Source of the DNA: Vulcanimicrobiota bacterium
Lineage (GTDB): Bacteria; Vulcanimicrobiota; Vulcanimicrobiia; Vulcanimicrobiales; Vulcanimicrobiaceae
Assembly: GCA_963833095.1 (NCBI GenBank)
Contig: CAWHWQ010000001.1
Coordinates: 800,001-864,000 of the forward strand
DNA length: 64,000 bases
Reading direction: 5' to 3'
Part shown: in pieces, positions 62,891-64,000 of the stretch
Position numbering within the stretch: position 1 is the first letter of the stretch
How the letters are laid out: each line of letters begins with the position of its first letter
Program-made: the position numbers and the translations under genes
The notes under the pieces: generated by a model
The model's database searches: none
Told to the model about the DNA's origin: nothing
Seen by the model: only the letters and a program-made list of their open reading frames with translations

Positions 62891-64000
62891 GGCGGTAAAT
62901 CCAGATCGCGAGGATGCCGATGATCGCACCGATCACCAAACCGTTGCCGGTTCGCTGAAGCGAGATCGTGATCGGCGTGTGCAAATGCGAATAGGTGTCG
63001 AGCACGTCGCCGATGCCGACTCCGGCGCCAAGCGCCAAGAGCCATCCCGCCATGCGTCGATGCGCAAGCGTGAGCGCAGGCAAGAGCATCAGCGCGGGGA
63101 AGCCGATGAGAAACTCCTTGAATCGCGGGCGAACGCTGAGTATGACGGTCAAGACGTGCCGCAACGCCAACTCGAAGTGCGACGGAGCGATGTCGCTGTC
63201 ATTCCCGCTGCGCATGAGCAGCAACACACCGGCAGCCACGATCGCAATACCAATGAAGAGCTGATAGACGCGTATCGGAGCGGCTAGCACGTCCGAGGGC
63301 CGTTCGATGCCGGAGTTGAAACGCCGGTCGAAGAGATAGAGCACAAGCGCGATGAGCGGGGGCAACGCGAGCACGAGGCGCACGCCGCGGAAACGTTCGA
63401 TTTCTTCCATCGTCAGCGGCGAGCTCATCACCCCAACGATGACTAGCGCGCCGACCAGCGTTACGCCCAGCGCGAGCAGCGTCCAGCCTAAACTCCGCAC
63501 CAGCTGATCCGAAAAGCGCGGCGCCGGTTCTTCGCTACAGGCCTTGGCGATCGAAAGAAACGCCGCGGTAGCAAAGAGCAGCGCGCCCACGAGCGCGATC
63601 ACCGATCTTGCAAAGATGTCGTGGTGACTGAGGACTCCGGCCAGATAGAGGAGCACCGTTGCGCCGTAGGCGGCCGTTGCGAGCCACAGACGATACCATC
63701 CAAACACTCCAAGGAGCAGGACGAAGATCGAGGGGACCGCGAGCGCCGCAATGCCGACCAGGATGCGATTGTTCCCGCGATATTGCGGAATAGGCGTCGC
63801 GCGGCCCAGCTTAAACCCGTGGCCTTTGAGTTGGTCGGCGATCTCCTTGACCATCTCGACGTTCGTCGCTTCGATCGAAAGACTGCCGTCTTGATGCGCC
63901 CATGGCCGCAGATACACCACGCGAATGTTTCGTTCGCGCACACCGAGCACGTAGCGCGCCACCACGTCGTCAAGCGTAATCTTATCGAGTTCGGTTTTGG
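62853..64000 (-). CDS. DUF5693-like membrane protein (5' end beyond the window)
   Basis: ERNIRVVYLRP, FRGV, RSGN, VRPRFKEFLIG.P, HLHTP; adjacent to csaB. Confidence 0.75.
   Translation of the reverse strand, partial: KTELDKITLDDVVARYVLGVRERNIRVVYLRPWAHQDGSLSIEATNVEMVKEIADQLKGHGFKLGRATPIPQYRGNNRILVGIAALAVPSIFVLLLGVFGWYRLWLATAAYGATVLLYLAGVLSHHDIFARSVIALVGALLFATAAFLSIAKACSEEPAPRFSDQLVRSLGWTLLALGVTLVGALVIVGVMSSPLTMEEIERFRGVRLVLALPPLIALVLYLFDRRFNSGIERPSDVLAAPIRVYQLFIGIAIVAAGVLLLMRSGNDSDIAPSHFELALRHVLTVILSVRPRFKEFLIGFPALMLLPALTLAHRRMAGWLLALGAGVGIGDVLDTYSHLHTPITISLQRTGNGLVIGAIIGILAIWIYRRACIAFGLLRVR

Overview
GC-rich bacterial chromosomal window of about 60 CDS; I found no rRNA, tRNA, CRISPR array or transposase. 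The gene content combines Firmicutes-like synteny (mfd-prsA-mazG-S4, whiA-gap-pgk-tpiA-gpmI, yggS-sepF-divIVA, csaB/DUF5693) with an LptD-like outer-membrane protein and flagellar rod genes. This suggests a diderm Terrabacterium such as Candidatus Eremiobacterota (inference, not verified). 1-19.4 kb is an accessory surface-glycan locus: GH38 mannosidase, two giant GT-C-like membrane proteins, GT2/GT4/DPM1-like transferases, two AlkP-superfamily enzymes, two methyltransferases, a GNAT, and a Gfo/DegT amino-sugar pair. The rest is mostly envelope and housekeeping genes. Many genes carry single-base frameshifts, densest at 39-44 kb, which are most likely long-read consensus errors. The most notable signal seen directly is a palindromic repeat family (arm TTGTCATCCCGAGCGTAG). 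It fills a convergent intergenic gap as a 237-bp nested hairpin carrying GGA-loop stem-loops, supplies the stop codons of both tgt and ileS, and is inserted in frame inside ileS, with a possible diverged relative in pgk. The same CGCAGGATGCG GGA hairpin occurs twice in the structured leader of an unannotated 39-aa membrane peptide.
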